DNA of 64,000 nt, from assembly GCF_032191835.1 (NCBI RefSeq), contig NC_083238.1:49910001-49974000 (forward strand). Reading direction: 5' to 3'. The notes under the pieces are model-generated. The model ran no database searches. It worked only from the letters and a program-made list of their open reading frames with translations, and was not told the origin of the DNA. Both the position numbers and the translations under genes were made by a program. Of the stretch, positions 22,969 through 36,122 are shown one piece after another (position 1 is the first letter of the stretch; each line of letters opens with the position of its first letter). Source of the DNA: Heteronotia binoei. Its lineage: Eukaryota.

Positions 22969-24299
22969 AGAGCATGTACATGAAAGCTTATACCCAGAAG
23001 GAAATTTTGTTGGCCTTAAAAGTGCCACAGGACTCTGTTCTGCTGCTTCAGACCAACACGGCTACCCCACCTGAATCTTTCCAAAAACATAAATTTAAAT
23101 ACATGGGAACAGAGCAACATAGCTCTGGGGCAGGAAACAGTGGTTAAGTACTCAAGCGTCTGAGAGGGAACGGTGGCAGAGTTAGTTTGTTACTCCAGCT
23201 TAGACCAGGAGTTGGTTGTTTTAAAGGAGCCATCTTACAAAATGCAAATTCCTTCCTCCAGGCCTTGAATTCAGCAGGCGCTCACAGGAGCGCAGTTCCT
23301 GAATCTTTCTGAGGGTTCTCCCTCTTCCTCCCCACCTACCTTGTCCATTGAATAGTAGGTGCAGCTGCATAACATTCCCTGGATTAGGAGACCGGGCAGC
23401 CAGCCACCAGGGGCTTTGCCACGCCCCCAACAGCCGTCATTAACCTCTGGAGAAGCCCACACCACCCTTTCTCCACTTCTTATGTGATTTTGGGAGACGG
23501 GTGGCTTGCTGGCCTTTTGACCATGGAGGGGGCAGCTAAGGAGAGCCCTAGGTGAGTGAGGCCTGCTTGGGCAAGGCCTCGCTTGCCCGGGGCTCTCCTA
23601 TCTTGCATCAGGTTGCTTTTGGCTGGGGGGGCGGCATATGCTAATGAGTTATACTAATGAGTCCCACCATCTATTTTTCTACAAAACGACCCCTCCCTTT
23701 CTCTCAGAAAACAGGACAGCTCTTTTTCTGGCCTCACAGCCAATTATGTAGAATAATGAGATGGTGTCTGAGAGGATTGATAGGCTCCAGTTAACCACTA
23801 AAAACCAGGAGCACCTTTACAGAGGAGACAACTAGAAAGTGCATGTAGCAAAGCGAAAACTGAATCTGGTAGTGTGTTCCCACTCCTCCACTTGCAGCTG
23901 CTGGAATGGGTTAGACATAGTTCTCGCAGGAGTTGTCCTTGAAAGGGCAGCTGCTATGAGAGCCCTCTCAGCCCCACCCATCTCACAGGGTGTCCATTGT
24001 GAAGATATAGGAGATTGTAAGCCACTGAGTCTCTGATTCAGAGAGAAGGGTGGGGTATAAATTTGCAGTCTTCTTCTCCTCCTCCCTCCCTCCCTTCCTG
24101 TCTTGTGGTTCTCAAACATCTGACGTTCCTGTCTTGCGGTTCTCAAGCATCTGATGTTTTATTCAATATGGCTCTTATGTTAATCAAACTTGGCCACCCC
24201 TGATATAGAGCTTCAATACATTTGCCTTTGAATGGACTCTTCTCTCTTCAAAAGATGTAGCACCATTTAGGCAGTCTGAACGTGGTCTTCTCTTTTCAG

Positions 24300-24437
24300 G
24301 ATATTGCTGATCTCAGAAAACAGTTTCCCCTGCTGGCGGAAGACATTTGGATCCCCGAATACTTTGAGAAGGAGCAGTTCTTCTCCACGGTTTTCCGCAT
24401 CAGCTCAGCAGGAATACAGCTTTGGACGCATTACGAT
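24300..24437 (+). CDS. TYW5: TYW5 exon 5 (138 nt; contains the HxD Fe(II)-binding motif)
   Basis: [46 protein letters not shown], with AG/GT boundaries. Confidence 0.96.
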
Positions 24438-25682
24438 GTAGGCAGCACTCCTCTCAACATTTTGTAGCAGAGAATAACGCCGAGCTCGCTTATATGCAGG
24501 GGTGGAATTCTAGCAGGAGCTCCTTTGCATGTTAGGCCACACACCCCTGATGTAGCCAATCCTCCAAGAACTTACAAGGCTCTTTTTGGTAAGCTCCTGG
24601 AGGATTGGCTACATCAGGGGTGTGTGGCCTAATACGCAAAGGAGCTCCTGCTGGAATTCCACTCCTGCTTATATGAGTAGTTTGGTTTGGTGGTTAAGTG
24701 CGCGGACTCTTATCTGGGATAACCAGGTTTGATTCCCCATTCCTCCACTTGCAGCTGCTGGAATGGCCTTGGGTCAGCCACAGCTCTCGCAGGAGTTGTC
24801 CTTGAAAGGGCAGCTGCTACAAGAGTTCTTTCAGCCCCACCCACCTCACATAGGGTCTGTTGTGGGGGAAGAAGATAAAGGAGACTGTAAGCCGCTGAGT
24901 CTCTGATTCAGAAAGAAAGGCAGGGTATAAATCTGCAATTCTTCTTCTTCATTGTGGACAAAGAGCTCCTTGCTGAGTTTTGCACTTTGGTTCAGTGTTC
25001 TTCCTATCGATGCTGGGCTAGAGGTTTCAGGCCGAAAGCCCTGGATGTTTTTCATTCTGCTTCTGGTATCTGTTCTGCACTCTGGGTGTCAGTACTCTTC
25101 ACTGGTGAAATGGATTGGTTTGCCAATGAATGCCTGGTCAAGCGCTCCACTCCAAAGCCAGCTTCGTGTAGCGGTTAAGGGCAGTGGGCTCTAATATGGA
25201 GAATCGGGTTTGAGTCCTTGCTCCTCCGCATGCAGCCTGCTGTGCGATCTTGGGGCAGTCACAGTTCTCTCAGAGCTCTCTCAGCCCCACCTACCTCTCA
25301 GGGTGTCTGCTGTGGGGAGAGGAAGGGGATTGTAAGCTGCTCTGAGACTCCGAGTGAAGGGCAGGGCACTGACCAAGGTCCCGCAGGGCCCTCACCTCTT
25401 CCGGCAGCTGATTCCACCATGTAGGGGCCATAACAGAGAAGGCCCTTTCTCTGGTGGATGTTGGGTTTTTCCTGCAAAAAAGCCCTGTGCGAAACCATGG
25501 TGATGCCTGGGGTGTGGCCCAATATGCAAATGAGTTCCTGCTGAACTTTTCCTAGGAAAAAGCCTGCTGTGAAACAATGGTGATGTCAGGGGGTGTGGCC
25601 TAATATGCAAATGAGTTCATGCTGGGCTTTCCCTACCAAAAAAAAAAGCCCTGGCCAAACTTATCACTTTTCTTTCTTGCAG

Positions 25683-25770
25683 GTAATGGATAACTTCTTA
25701 ATTCAAGTGACAGGGAAGAAACGGGTTGTGCTATATAGTCCTCGGGATGCCCCTTATTTGTATTTGTCAG
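25683..25770 (+). CDS. TYW5: TYW5 exon 6 (88 nt)
   Basis: [30 protein letters not shown]; acceptor TTGCAG, donor GTCCGT. Confidence 0.95.
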
Positions 25771-27113
25771 GTCCGTGGCATTTTTATTTATGATTGAATG
25801 TTGAGTACTGGGCATGGGCAGGCTTTTAAAAAACTCAGCACCGCCTGGAGGGGACGTATTGAAAAGAGAGAGTTGGCGGCTTATGAGAAGCCCTCCCAAG
25901 GGCTTTTTCAGTCCTGGCTCCGACTTGGTGGAACGCTCTGCCAGAAGACATCAGGGCCCTGCAGGATCTTTTAGAGTTTCGCCGGGCCTGTAAGGCAGAG
26001 ATGTTCCGCCAAGCCTTAGTGTGAGGACAGTGACGGTTGCCGTGCTGGCACCTCTTTCCTCCCCACCTCCTCTTGGGGGGATCCCCCCCGCCCCTGATGT
26101 GATCCAATAACCGAATAAGAGCACTTTAAAGGTGCCATCAGGGTTTGTAATTTTTTAACGTAACTGATTTTATATATATGTATTTTTTAATGTTGTACAT
26201 CGCCCTGAGCCTGCCGCTAGCTGGGATAGGGTGATTCATCAAATGTAAATAATAATAATAATAATACAGAGCAACTGAAACATGTCCAGAGCTGGAATCT
26301 TCTGTAGATATTTATTTTTTAGTCAATTTATATTCCGTTCTCCCCCTCGATCGTGGAGCTTAGAGCAGATCACAACGTATAATAAGCAGTTTAGAATACA
26401 GTTAAGATCTATAACATACGAATTCAAACATTGAACAGATGGCGCATAAACTGTTAACACTGTTCCACAGGGAAGAAAGGGAGGAGAAGCAGCAGCAGGC
26501 TAAATAGGAGCTCTCCTGGTCTCACCCATAAGCTTGGTGATACAGTTCTGGTTTGCAGAGCCACAGAGGTTGCCCAGAGACCTAGAATGGAGAAAGAGAG
26601 TGCAAGAGTCGAGGGAGCCTCTGGAAGGAGGGACAGAATTAAAGAGCGCTGCACAGCGTTCCCCCTGTTTCATAGCTTTTGTAGGAGCTGTATTTACTAA
26701 CTTTAGTGTCAAGGCGAAGAGAGATGCATGATGATGCAACTGGAGGTCAGTGATTTATATGGTACACGTGTGTTTCCTTCTCCCACTGGTGCCACAAAAT
26801 AATTCCTTAACCTTCCCCTATGCTGTTCTTATGGGGACCGCTATTCCCAGCTTTTGTTTTTTAAAAAAGTCTGCTTTTAGCATGGTCATGTTGTAAAGTG
26901 CATACATATTTATTTTATCTTTCTGTGCAAAGAAAGTATTAAGAGTTTTAATAAAGATGTGTGTAATGTTTGTTCATGTCTTGCAGCTCTCAAACATCTG
27001 ACATGTGGCTCTTACATAAAGCAAGTTTGGCCACCCCTGGCATATCTGGTGGGCAGCCACGACACCAGTGTCACTTAACAGAAGCAATAATAGCCATTGT
27101 TTATCTTTCGTAG

Positions 27114-27230
27114 GCACCAAGTCAGAGGTGCTGGATGTGGAGAAGCCAGACTTGAAGAGATATCCTCTCTTTGCTAAGGCCAAACGTTTTGAGTGTTTTC
27201 TCAATGCAGGAGAAGTTTTGTTCATACCAG
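27114..27230 (+). CDS. TYW5: TYW5 exon 7 (117 nt)
   Basis: [40 protein letters not shown]; acceptor CGTAG, donor GTGAGA. Confidence 0.95.
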
Positions 27231-29589
27231 GTGAGATGATGCATGCAGTTGTAGGTTTGTGTCCTCCTGTTCCAATCTGCGTAGTTTCAAGTCTTCTTCC
27301 ACTGGAAGCAGCTCTTTGAGCAGAGAAAGGCTTTAAACTTTGTTGGACATCGTTGTAGGCATTGATTCCACCCCCCTTTAAAGTATTATTGTATACAGGG
27401 GTGCCAAACTCATGCAGGCCACATCTGACATAAATGTGACCTTGTTAGGCCAGACCACATGTATTATAAAATGTAATGCCAAGTAGGGAGATATATAAAT
27501 TTTATAAAGGACACAGACAGGCACACACAAAAACACAAAACTTGATAAAGGACAAACACACCTCAATGGCTTATTCAGCCTCAGCCAACAGAAGAAAGGG
27601 AGGCTTAGCTCAGTAGCTCTGCTGTGCAATTGAGAGAGCCTGGCAAAGCTAGGTCTCCTTCCCCCACTTCCTTCTCAAGGGAGGAGCTTTGCTGTGTAGC
27701 TCCTGTGTGATTGAGCAAGCCTGGCAAAGCAAGCTGTGATGCAGAAGGGAGCAAGAGAGGGAGAAGGAAGCAGATAACAGTGAGTTGCTTGAGGGCCTGA
27801 TTTGGCCCCCGGACCGCATGTTTGACACCCCTTTGTCCATCTTCGATCTGATTTATACATGGTAACTGAGTGAGACATTTGATTCGTTTGTCTCCCTGTT
27901 GTTGCCTTCTGCCAGTGGTTAGAGAACTTTTTGTTTCACTTGGTGTAGCCCCAATAATGGTTGCCCTGATATATGTTTCCTACCTTCTGATTCCAACTGA
28001 CTCACCACTCTTTGGATGTGGGAACTCTCCTGCTGCACCCTCTCTCTAGCTCAGATTTTCCAGAGAGAACACAGTTCCCTCTCTAGCTAGTCCTTTTATT
28101 GCTTCCTTCCAGGTCCCACCCCCTTTCTTCATTGGGCAAGTGTTCCCCCTCCAAAACTTCTGCCCAACCAATCAGCGAGCCAGAAGGGATTCTGAGAAAT
28201 GTAGGCCTGGTTGCTACTCTAACACAGGCTTCCCTGGAGCCTGTAGGCCACAGTAGGCCTAAGATCTTGACAGTATTGATCATCTTCTTCTTGAATGCCC
28301 TTGGCTTTTAGAAGTTAGAAATGAGTTATTTCCTTGATTGGAAAGAATTTTGTTTCTGCGGAGGTGAACGTTTCACAGTTGCTAAGTGGCAAAGAACAAC
28401 AAAATAACTTGGCAGGTCCCAAAATATTTGATAGTAGCCATGGCTCGTTGGACTGCTAAATCCCACCAGTATTTTGTTTGCATGTCCTGTTCATGATGTT
28501 GGTTGAATGAATGTCAAATAAGTAAATATGGGGAAAGGAGGAAGAAAAAAATAGACTTTGACCCTCCCCCCCCCCCCCCAAAAAAAAAAAAAATTAAACC
28601 AATCCTTTGCACCACTGGCTACAGCACACATGCTGGCAATTCTTCGATTCATGCAAGGAAGCATTTTGTGGCCGTCCTTTGTGTCTTCTGTGGCACGTTT
28701 AGACACCTGTGTTCTTTTTGTTCAGCCTCCCCGAGTTCTTCTCTGAGCTTGTCAGCAATTATTTTACAATTAGCAATAGGAACAAAAGCATTGTTGGCCC
28801 AGTCACGTGCTGAGTACAGCTGTCCAGTTCATCCATATGATGCAGCTTTTTGCTCTCGGCCTGAATTTGATTTGTTGTGACCCATGCTGAATCAACAGAA
28901 ATAGCTCTAGAGATGCAGCGGTATGGAAAAGTGTTCACTGGATTAAGTGTGAGTCTGGTGGCACCTTTAAGACCAACAGTGTTTTATTCAGGGTAAGCTT
29001 TCATGTGCAGGCTGACTTCACCAGACAGTGGTACATATAGGTAGTGAGTTAGCATGCAAAATAGTGAAAATGTCTTTAACAGATTAAAAGAATAACAAGT
29101 TTGGTCTCTGGTTATTATCTGCATGGGCTCAATTGGGGAGAACAGCAAAGGCAATAAACATGCCAGAAGTGGAGAATGATGGTGAATCTTTGGCATAAGG
29201 TTACTTAGTTGTAAGGAGTAATAAGTTTAGAGTCCTTAATATAGAGAAAGTGGGCAGTGAATTAGTATGCAAAATCATGGAAATGTTTTTTAGCAGATTA
29301 AAAAAAACCCCACAAGTTGGGGTCTTGTGATTGTTCGTTTGTGTTGACCGGGCTGAAACAACAACGAAGGTAATATAAGTCTGTTATCGTGCAAGTGTGG
29401 GTTAAACTAACAACATCTTTCTCTTAAGAGGTTTTTCATGATTGAACCTCATTTATCTTATGGGAGAATGTGTAAGTTGGGCTGTTATCAACCCAGCCCT
29501 CATCTTTCTTGGAAAATGGGTTTCTATAACAGAACAGTCTCTCCTCAACAGCATGTAGCCTGGAATATAAAATACAGTAGAACCAATTT

Positions 29590-29782
29590 TAGCCCTGACC
29601 TGGCTGGCCCCAGTCTTGTCAGATCTCGGAAGCTAAGCAGGATCAGTTTTGGTTAGCATTTGAGGGAGACCACCAAGGAAATCCAGGGTCACTACACAGA
29701 GGCAGGCAACGTTAAATCACCTCTGAATGTCTCTTGCCTCAAAAACTCTGAGGTTGCAATAAGTCACCTGCAACTCGACGGC
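29590..29782 (+). mobile_element. 5S rRNA-derived SINE (SINE3-like) with an RTE/BovB-like tail
   Basis: CTTGTCAGATCTCGGAAGCTAAGCAGGATCAG..TGGTTAGCATTTGAGGGAGACC aligns to the 5S rRNA internal promoter region. A second, more degenerate copy lies at about 5222-5410. Confidence 0.65.
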
Positions 29783-29964
29783 GTTGTCCCATTCGGTCAC
29801 TCTGAAATGCTCTTGCTAATCAATTCGTTTTCTGATTACAAAACTAAGCTGCATTTTTAGAAGGCAAGCGTAAACCGCCTTTTGATAACATACAACTTCA
29901 CCCAACACCACCTTCCTGCATTTTTTGCCCGACAGTTTCTTTCAGCGGTATCTTCTCCTTGCAG

Positions 29965-30221
29965 CTCTGTGGTTCCACAACGTGACTTCGGAAGAGTTCG
30001 GGGTTGGAGTCAATGTTTTTTGGAAACACCTTCCTGCCGAGTGTTATGACAAGACAGACACTTATGGAAACAAAGACCTTGCTGCGGCCTCAAGAGCAGC
30101 TCAGATTTTGGAGAGGGCGTTGAAGACACTCGACGACTTGCCCGAGGAATACAAAGACTTCTACGGCCGCAGAATGGTTTTACGTATCCAAGAAAAAACA
30201 TATAGCGCGAACTATGAATAA
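29965..30221 (+). CDS. TYW5: TYW5 exon 8 (last coding exon, distal His in WFHN)
   Basis: [24 protein letters not shown]...YSANYE*. The eight exons sum to 996 nt (331 aa plus stop) with consistent phases. Confidence 0.96.
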
Positions 30222-30624
30222 AGGAGAATGCTGGATCTTCAGACCTTGTCTTATGTACAAACACTGCACATAGTTACAGAACTTATCTTTCATTTTAGTT
30301 GACTATTTCATAATTGGGAAATGTACAGCCAGTATAATATTCTCCTGACTGTGCACTGAGAACCTTATTTCTTTAGCCAGTTTGGTGTAGTGGTGAAGGG
30401 CAGTGGACTCTAATCTGGAGAACTGGGTTTGATTCCACGCTCATCTTCCACATGCAGCCAACTGGCTGACCTTGGGCCAGTCACTGCTCCCTCCAAACTC
30501 TCAGCCCCACCTTCCTTACAGGGTGTCTGTTATGGGGAGAGGAAGGGAAGGCAATTGTAAGCCGCTCTGAGACTCCTTCACATAGTGAAGGGCAGGGTAC
30601 AAAACCAATTCTAATAGTCTAAAG

Positions 30625-31107
30625 CAAGGGTGTCAAACTCATTTAAGAGGGCCGGATCTAACATAAATGAGACCTTGTCAGGCCAGTCTGGGACATGTTG
30701 GGCCAGGCCATGTGTGTACTATTTAAGATTAGGTAGCAGAGATATAAACTTTTTAAAGGACAAAACACAACTAAAGATTTGTTAAAAAACTTTAAAAGCA
30801 TGCTTAAAACATTAGCACTTTTTGATCTTAAAGGTGCTTTCTTTGTATTTCTCCCAGGGGATCCAGGGAACTGGGCAAAGGAAGCTCTGGCTCTTTCCCT
30901 CCCTCCCCAGGGGACCAGGAAGGGGAGGAGCCTCAGCCAATGAAGAAAAAAGAGGTTTTGCTCTGTAACTCCTGTATGATTGAGCAAGCCGTGCAAAGCA
31001 AGTTGAGATGCAGAAGGAAGCAAGAGAGAGGGAGAAAGAAGCAGACAAGGGCCAGTTGCTTGGAGGGGGCCTGATTTGGCCCCTAGGCCACATGTTTGAC
31101 ACCCCTG
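30625..31107 (-). mobile_element. hAT MITE, same family
   Basis: TIR-like ends with an 8-bp TSD GTCTAAAG. Confidence 0.85.
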
Positions 31108-32010
31108 GTCTAAAGTATGTTAGAACCAGTGTTCCCTCTAAGCTGAGCTAATGTGAGCTAGCTCATGATTTTTTAACTTCCTGCTCACACATTTTTGTCT
31201 CAGCTCAGGAAAAATGGCCCCAGAGCAAACTAGTTTATGCAGTAGCTCACAAATAGAATTTTTGCTCAGTTTAGGGGGAACTTTGGTTAGAACACAATTT
31301 GTTTAATAGATTCACATAACAGATTCTAAGCCTTACAGAATGGTAGAATAACTGCTATGTTAATATGACTGTGGAAGAGGTAAAGTAAGAAACATTTACA
31401 CAATTGCATAACAAAAATACATCCAATTGCAAGGCTTTTGATTTTGCACAGTTCGGAAGAATAAAAACTTACAGGGCAAAATGATTCCCCAATACTGCTC
31501 TGTTCAGCCTGCCCTTTTCTAAAGGACACAGGAATGCAGTTTATCAAGAGTTGTGAAACTTACCTAAAAAACTCTTGCAATATGGGAGAGATCATTAAGC
31601 CCATTCTTTTGTGAGTGGGAGCAGTTTAGGGAAAATGAACACCTATCAGAGGAATAGGTAACAATACTCTAATGCAAGCGTGTCAAACTCACTCGTTATG
31701 AGGGCCAAATGTGACATAAATGAGACCTTGTTGGGCCAAACCATGTCGGGTTGGGCTGCGCCATGTGTGTATCTATTTATGATTAGGTTAGCAGAGCTAC
31801 AAACTTAAAAGACACAAAAGATTTTTTAAAAACCTTGAAATACCCTCAAAACATCAGCACTCGGTCTCTATGTATTTCTTCCTTGGGATCCGGGGAACTG
31901 GCAAAGGAAGCTGTGGCTCTTTCCTTCCTTCCCCAGGGGACCAGGAGGGAAAGGAACCTCAGCCAACAGAAGGAAGAGCGACTTAGCTTAGTAGCTCTGT
32001 TGTGCGATTG

Positions 32011-32097
32011 AGACAGCATAAGAACATAAGAGAAGCCATGTTGGATCAGGCCAATGGCCCATCCAGTCCAACACTCTGTATCACACAGTGGCCAGAA

Positions 32098-32164
<67 letters not shown>

Positions 32165-33217
32165 TACACTGTGACTAATAGCCACTAATGGACCTCTGCT
32201 CCATATTTTTATCTAACCTCTTGAAGCTGGCTATGCTTGTAGCTACCACCACCTCCTGTGGCAGTGAATTCCACATGTTAATCACCCTTTGGGTGAAGAA
32301 GTACCTCCTTTTATCCGCTCAGCAATTTCATTGAATGCCCATGAGTTCTTGTATTGTGAGAAAGGGAGAAAAGTACTTCTTTCTCTACCTTCTCCATCCC
32401 ATGCATAATCTTGTAAACCTCTATCATGTCACCCCGCAGTCGTTTCTCCAAGCTAAAGAACCCCAAGCGTTTTAACCTTTCTTCATAGGGAAAGTGTTCC
32501 AAACCTGTAATCATTCTAGTTGCCCTTTTCTGCACTTTTTCCAGTGCTATAATATCCTTTTTGAGGTGTGGTGACCAGAATTGCACACAGTATTCCAAAT
32601 GAGACCGCACCATCAATTTATACAGGGGCATTATGATACTGGCTGATTTGTTTTCAATTCCCTTCCTAATAATTCCCAGCATGGTGTTGGCCTTTTTTAT
32701 TGCAATCACACACTGTCTTGACATTTTCAGTGAGTTATCTACCACGACCCCAAGATCTCTCTCTTGGTCAGTCTCTGCCAGTTCACACCCCATCAACTTG
32801 TATTTGTAGCTGGAATTCTTGGCCCCAATGTGCATTACTTTGCACTTGGCCACATTGAGCCTCATCTGCCACGTTGACGCCCACTCACCCAGCCTCAACA
32901 GATCCCTTTGGAGTTCCTCACAATCCTCTCTGCTTCTTACCATCCTGAACAATTTAGTGTCATCTGCAAACTTGGCCACTTCATTGCTCTCAACTCCAAA
33001 TCATTTATGAACAAGTTAAAGAGCATGGGACCCAGTACTGAGCCCTGCGGCACTCCACTGCTTACCGTCCTCCACTGTGAAGACTGCCCATTTATACTCA
33101 CTCTCTGCTTCCTATTAATTAGCCAGTTTTTGATCCACAAGAGGACCTGTCCTTTTACTCCATGACTCTTGAGCTTACTAAGGAGCCTTTGATGAGGAAC
33201 TATCAAAAGCTTTCTGG
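32011..33217 (-). mobile_element. 5'-truncated CR1 LINE (RT C-terminus plus 3'UTR) nested in a hAT MITE
   Basis: ORFs with [22 protein letters not shown] and PYEERLKRLGFFSLEKR. CR1 (TTCTTATG)-type tail at the left end. The MITE sequence resumes on both sides. Confidence 0.9.
32097..32167. repeat. Compound (TG)n(TA)n(CA)n microsatellite within the CR1 3'UTR
   Basis: Read directly from the sequence. Confidence 0.95.
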
Positions 33218-36122
33218 CAAAGGAAGTTTTTGCAGAAGGAAGCAAGAGAGGGAGAAGGAAGCAGATGACAGCTAGTTGTTCAGAGGCCTGATTCAGCCCG
33301 TGGGCCACATGTCTGACACCCCTGCTCTAATGGACTTAAGATGGGACATCTTTCTACCAGTGTGCTTGCCCAGTGGGGTACCATTCTAGAACAGAACAGA
33401 TTTTTGTATGTTTTCCTTTGAATATTACAGGGATCTTTACCTTGTATTATGGAGATAAGAGGCACCCTCATTAGACCTCAAGCTTTGTGACAACATTGCA
33501 ATGTGGAGCCATAATGAATGCCTAAAATGAAGCCCCGAGTCCTCCCACAAAGGCCAAAATAGTCCTGAAAAGGGCCCTGCCTCCAGTTTTTTAGTAGGAA
33601 AAAACTTCAAGCTGGTTATTAAGATAAATTTATTTTTCAGATTTAACTATAACACTGAATTAAAAGATTATAAGCAAATATTTAGATAATTCTGAAATCT
33701 CAAAACATTACATTTGTGGACATTGGCAAAATATCAAAACAATTTATTAATATTTCATTCTTCTTACATTCATGGTATTTATATCCAAGGATCTCGACTT
33801 TTTGTATTTGCGTATTTCTCTCATACATCATAATAAGAAGCACAATCCAACCTTCCTCCATCTAGCTCAAGAAACTGAACTTCATAGCTAGCTGTACTCT
33901 GGAAAAAATTAACTTTAGAGCAACCATTTCAAAAAGGTCAATACCTACTGCTGGAGAAAAGTGCTTATGTACTTTAAAAAAAACCCCAGGGTCACAAAAC
34001 TTTCGAAGGCCAACAGTAGTTGCTGTATGCCATATGTCTTGGCAAAGAAAACAGCTTCATCTCTCTGAAACAATTTTCCTAATGAAAGGTACTCCCTTAT
34101 GCAATCACTGTTCTGTCCAGCTCTCAGTCTCCATATTCAAGCTGATACTAAAACTGTGATTGCTAAAAAGCTAAGGATTTTGGTCACAGGATGGATAATT
34201 AAGCTACCTCCAATCAAATTTGTATTTTTTTTTTAAAAAAACCTAGCTCCTCAAACTGAAGTGGAAAAACCTCTGCCTGTTATCTCTCATGTAATTCAAA
34301 GTGCAGCAGAAATGTGACTGGAATGTGTTATGACAAAGGTATAGTTCACGTCCAAGAATGCACACTAGTATAGTGACTTCAAACGCCCCGAGGCAGAGGT
34401 TCGCATGTACTTTGAGGAATACCCAGGGCTTTTTTTGCAGCAGGAACTCCTTTGCATATTAGGCCACACCCCCAATGTAGCCAATCCTGTAAGCTCTTAG
34501 AGGATTGGCTACGTCATGGGGGCATGGCCTAATATGCAAAAAAGTCCTGGGCGTACCTAAAGCACCTGCATGAGCTAGGTTCTCTTTTCCCTTCAACAAG
34601 TATGTCCCTTTGTGTGCAGGCCTGAACTTAAGTGAACGTGACTCTGGTCCAGCAAATAATTGCTAGATAAGGACCAAGTGTCTGCGTTGAACAGACAGGA
34701 ATTCAGTCTCACATTTTCATGAAAGCCCCTCTCGCTCCTCCCCAAAAAACAACCTGATTTCATCTCTTTCTGATGCATGATGCTGTTTTGTCCCTTCTAT
34801 GGCTTATGCTCTCTATATCGTATTTATATCGTTGGCTTATTAAAGATGAGAGGACTGCATAGCTTTTGTTCACAGTTCCAATTTGATTACCGTTTCCTGC
34901 CACCAATATCTTCCACAGTGCAAACTGCCTGCAGAGTTAGGGCCAAATTATATGTGACTGTTAAGTCCCTTAAAAGTTTAGACTGATTCTGTGTTCCAGC
35001 AATCCCGTTACAATATGAAGGGCTTTTCGGGGGCGGGGGGAGACTGAGAATAAGGCCATTTATGCGCTTCTGATAATCTCAGGTAAATTCTGGCATTGAA
35101 GGTTTATGCTATGGAACTTTTGCAGTCTTCTCCAAGGACATGTTTTATATAGAAAACTACATCTCTTTCTGTTTTGTTTATCAAACCTGTTTCAGTGTAT
35201 TTAACAGATGGCAATCACTCTGTTAGGAACTTTACCAAACACCTCTGCAAGTAAAGCTATTCTAAGATTTACTCTAATCTAAACTATATCAACCTCTTGT
35301 AGATGTCTGCTGTTCAATTTTTAAGAAAAGGTCAACACACAGTTGTTTCCAAAGGGTCCAACAGTCTCAAGATACAAAATTTTTAAAATGTGTTAGAGAG
35401 TTAATCAGCTTCAGTATTAATAGGGAATGTTGAACAGGGGTTAGATTACGCAATCTTGGTCACTTAAGAAATGTCTAATATTTGTTAAGTTTCCAACAAA
35501 AGCTAGTAACAGATGTTTAGTAATGGTTAGAAAATTGCACAACACCTTGCTGAATCTCAGCCCCTAAGGAAAGTTTTCACTGTACATACACTTAGATGGT
35601 GCCAATATAACCAACATTGCATTTCTTGTGCTATGCCAAAGTGCTAGAAACCAATCTTATTAATGCAGCCCAAATACCTGTGTTTCACAGGTCTTCACCT
35701 GAGGCTTCTCTGCATATGCTTTCCCCAGATCCTGAACACCTAGAACTTCTAGAAAGCTATTTCTAGAGACTGGCTGTAAAGGTTTGGCCACAAATTACAT
35801 CCGTAGTTAAAAGCAAGTATTAAGCCAGCATTTCCTCTGACGTCACAAAGAGTATTTTCAGAGAAACCCGTGTTGCTTTCCGTCAGCAGTCATACCAATC
35901 CCAACAAAAATCCTCATCTTTAAGCCATAGATACGAGGCTGTCAAGGTGCAAATGCAACACAGACTTTGATTAAAGCCCAGTCCTACTTTAAAAAAGTAA
36001 ACATTAGTACACGTTATAGTACTTTCCCTTTCCAGGGTTTAGAAGCCAGCGTCTCAGCCTGTCAAGTCGCAGCCCAAGGTGTGCTTTTGCAGTTGATATA
36101 ATACTGCAATACATTCACAGTG

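Larger units (their letters stand above)
31675..33324 (-). mobile_element. Non-autonomous hAT MITE (CAGGGGTGTCAAAC-type TIR) interrupted by CR1
   Basis: TIR-like ends and an 8-bp TSD CTCTAATG (31667-31674 and 33325-33332). Confidence 0.8.

Noticed and set aside
29600-29675. Possible 5S rRNA gene
   Set aside because: Only a partial, diverged 5S match that continues into a SINE-like tail; called as a SINE instead.
30070-30085. TYW5 GNKDL versus human GNKDP, and a 16-aa N-terminal extension
   Set aside because: Catalytic HxD and distal His are intact and the exon structure is conserved; treated as ordinary orthologue divergence.
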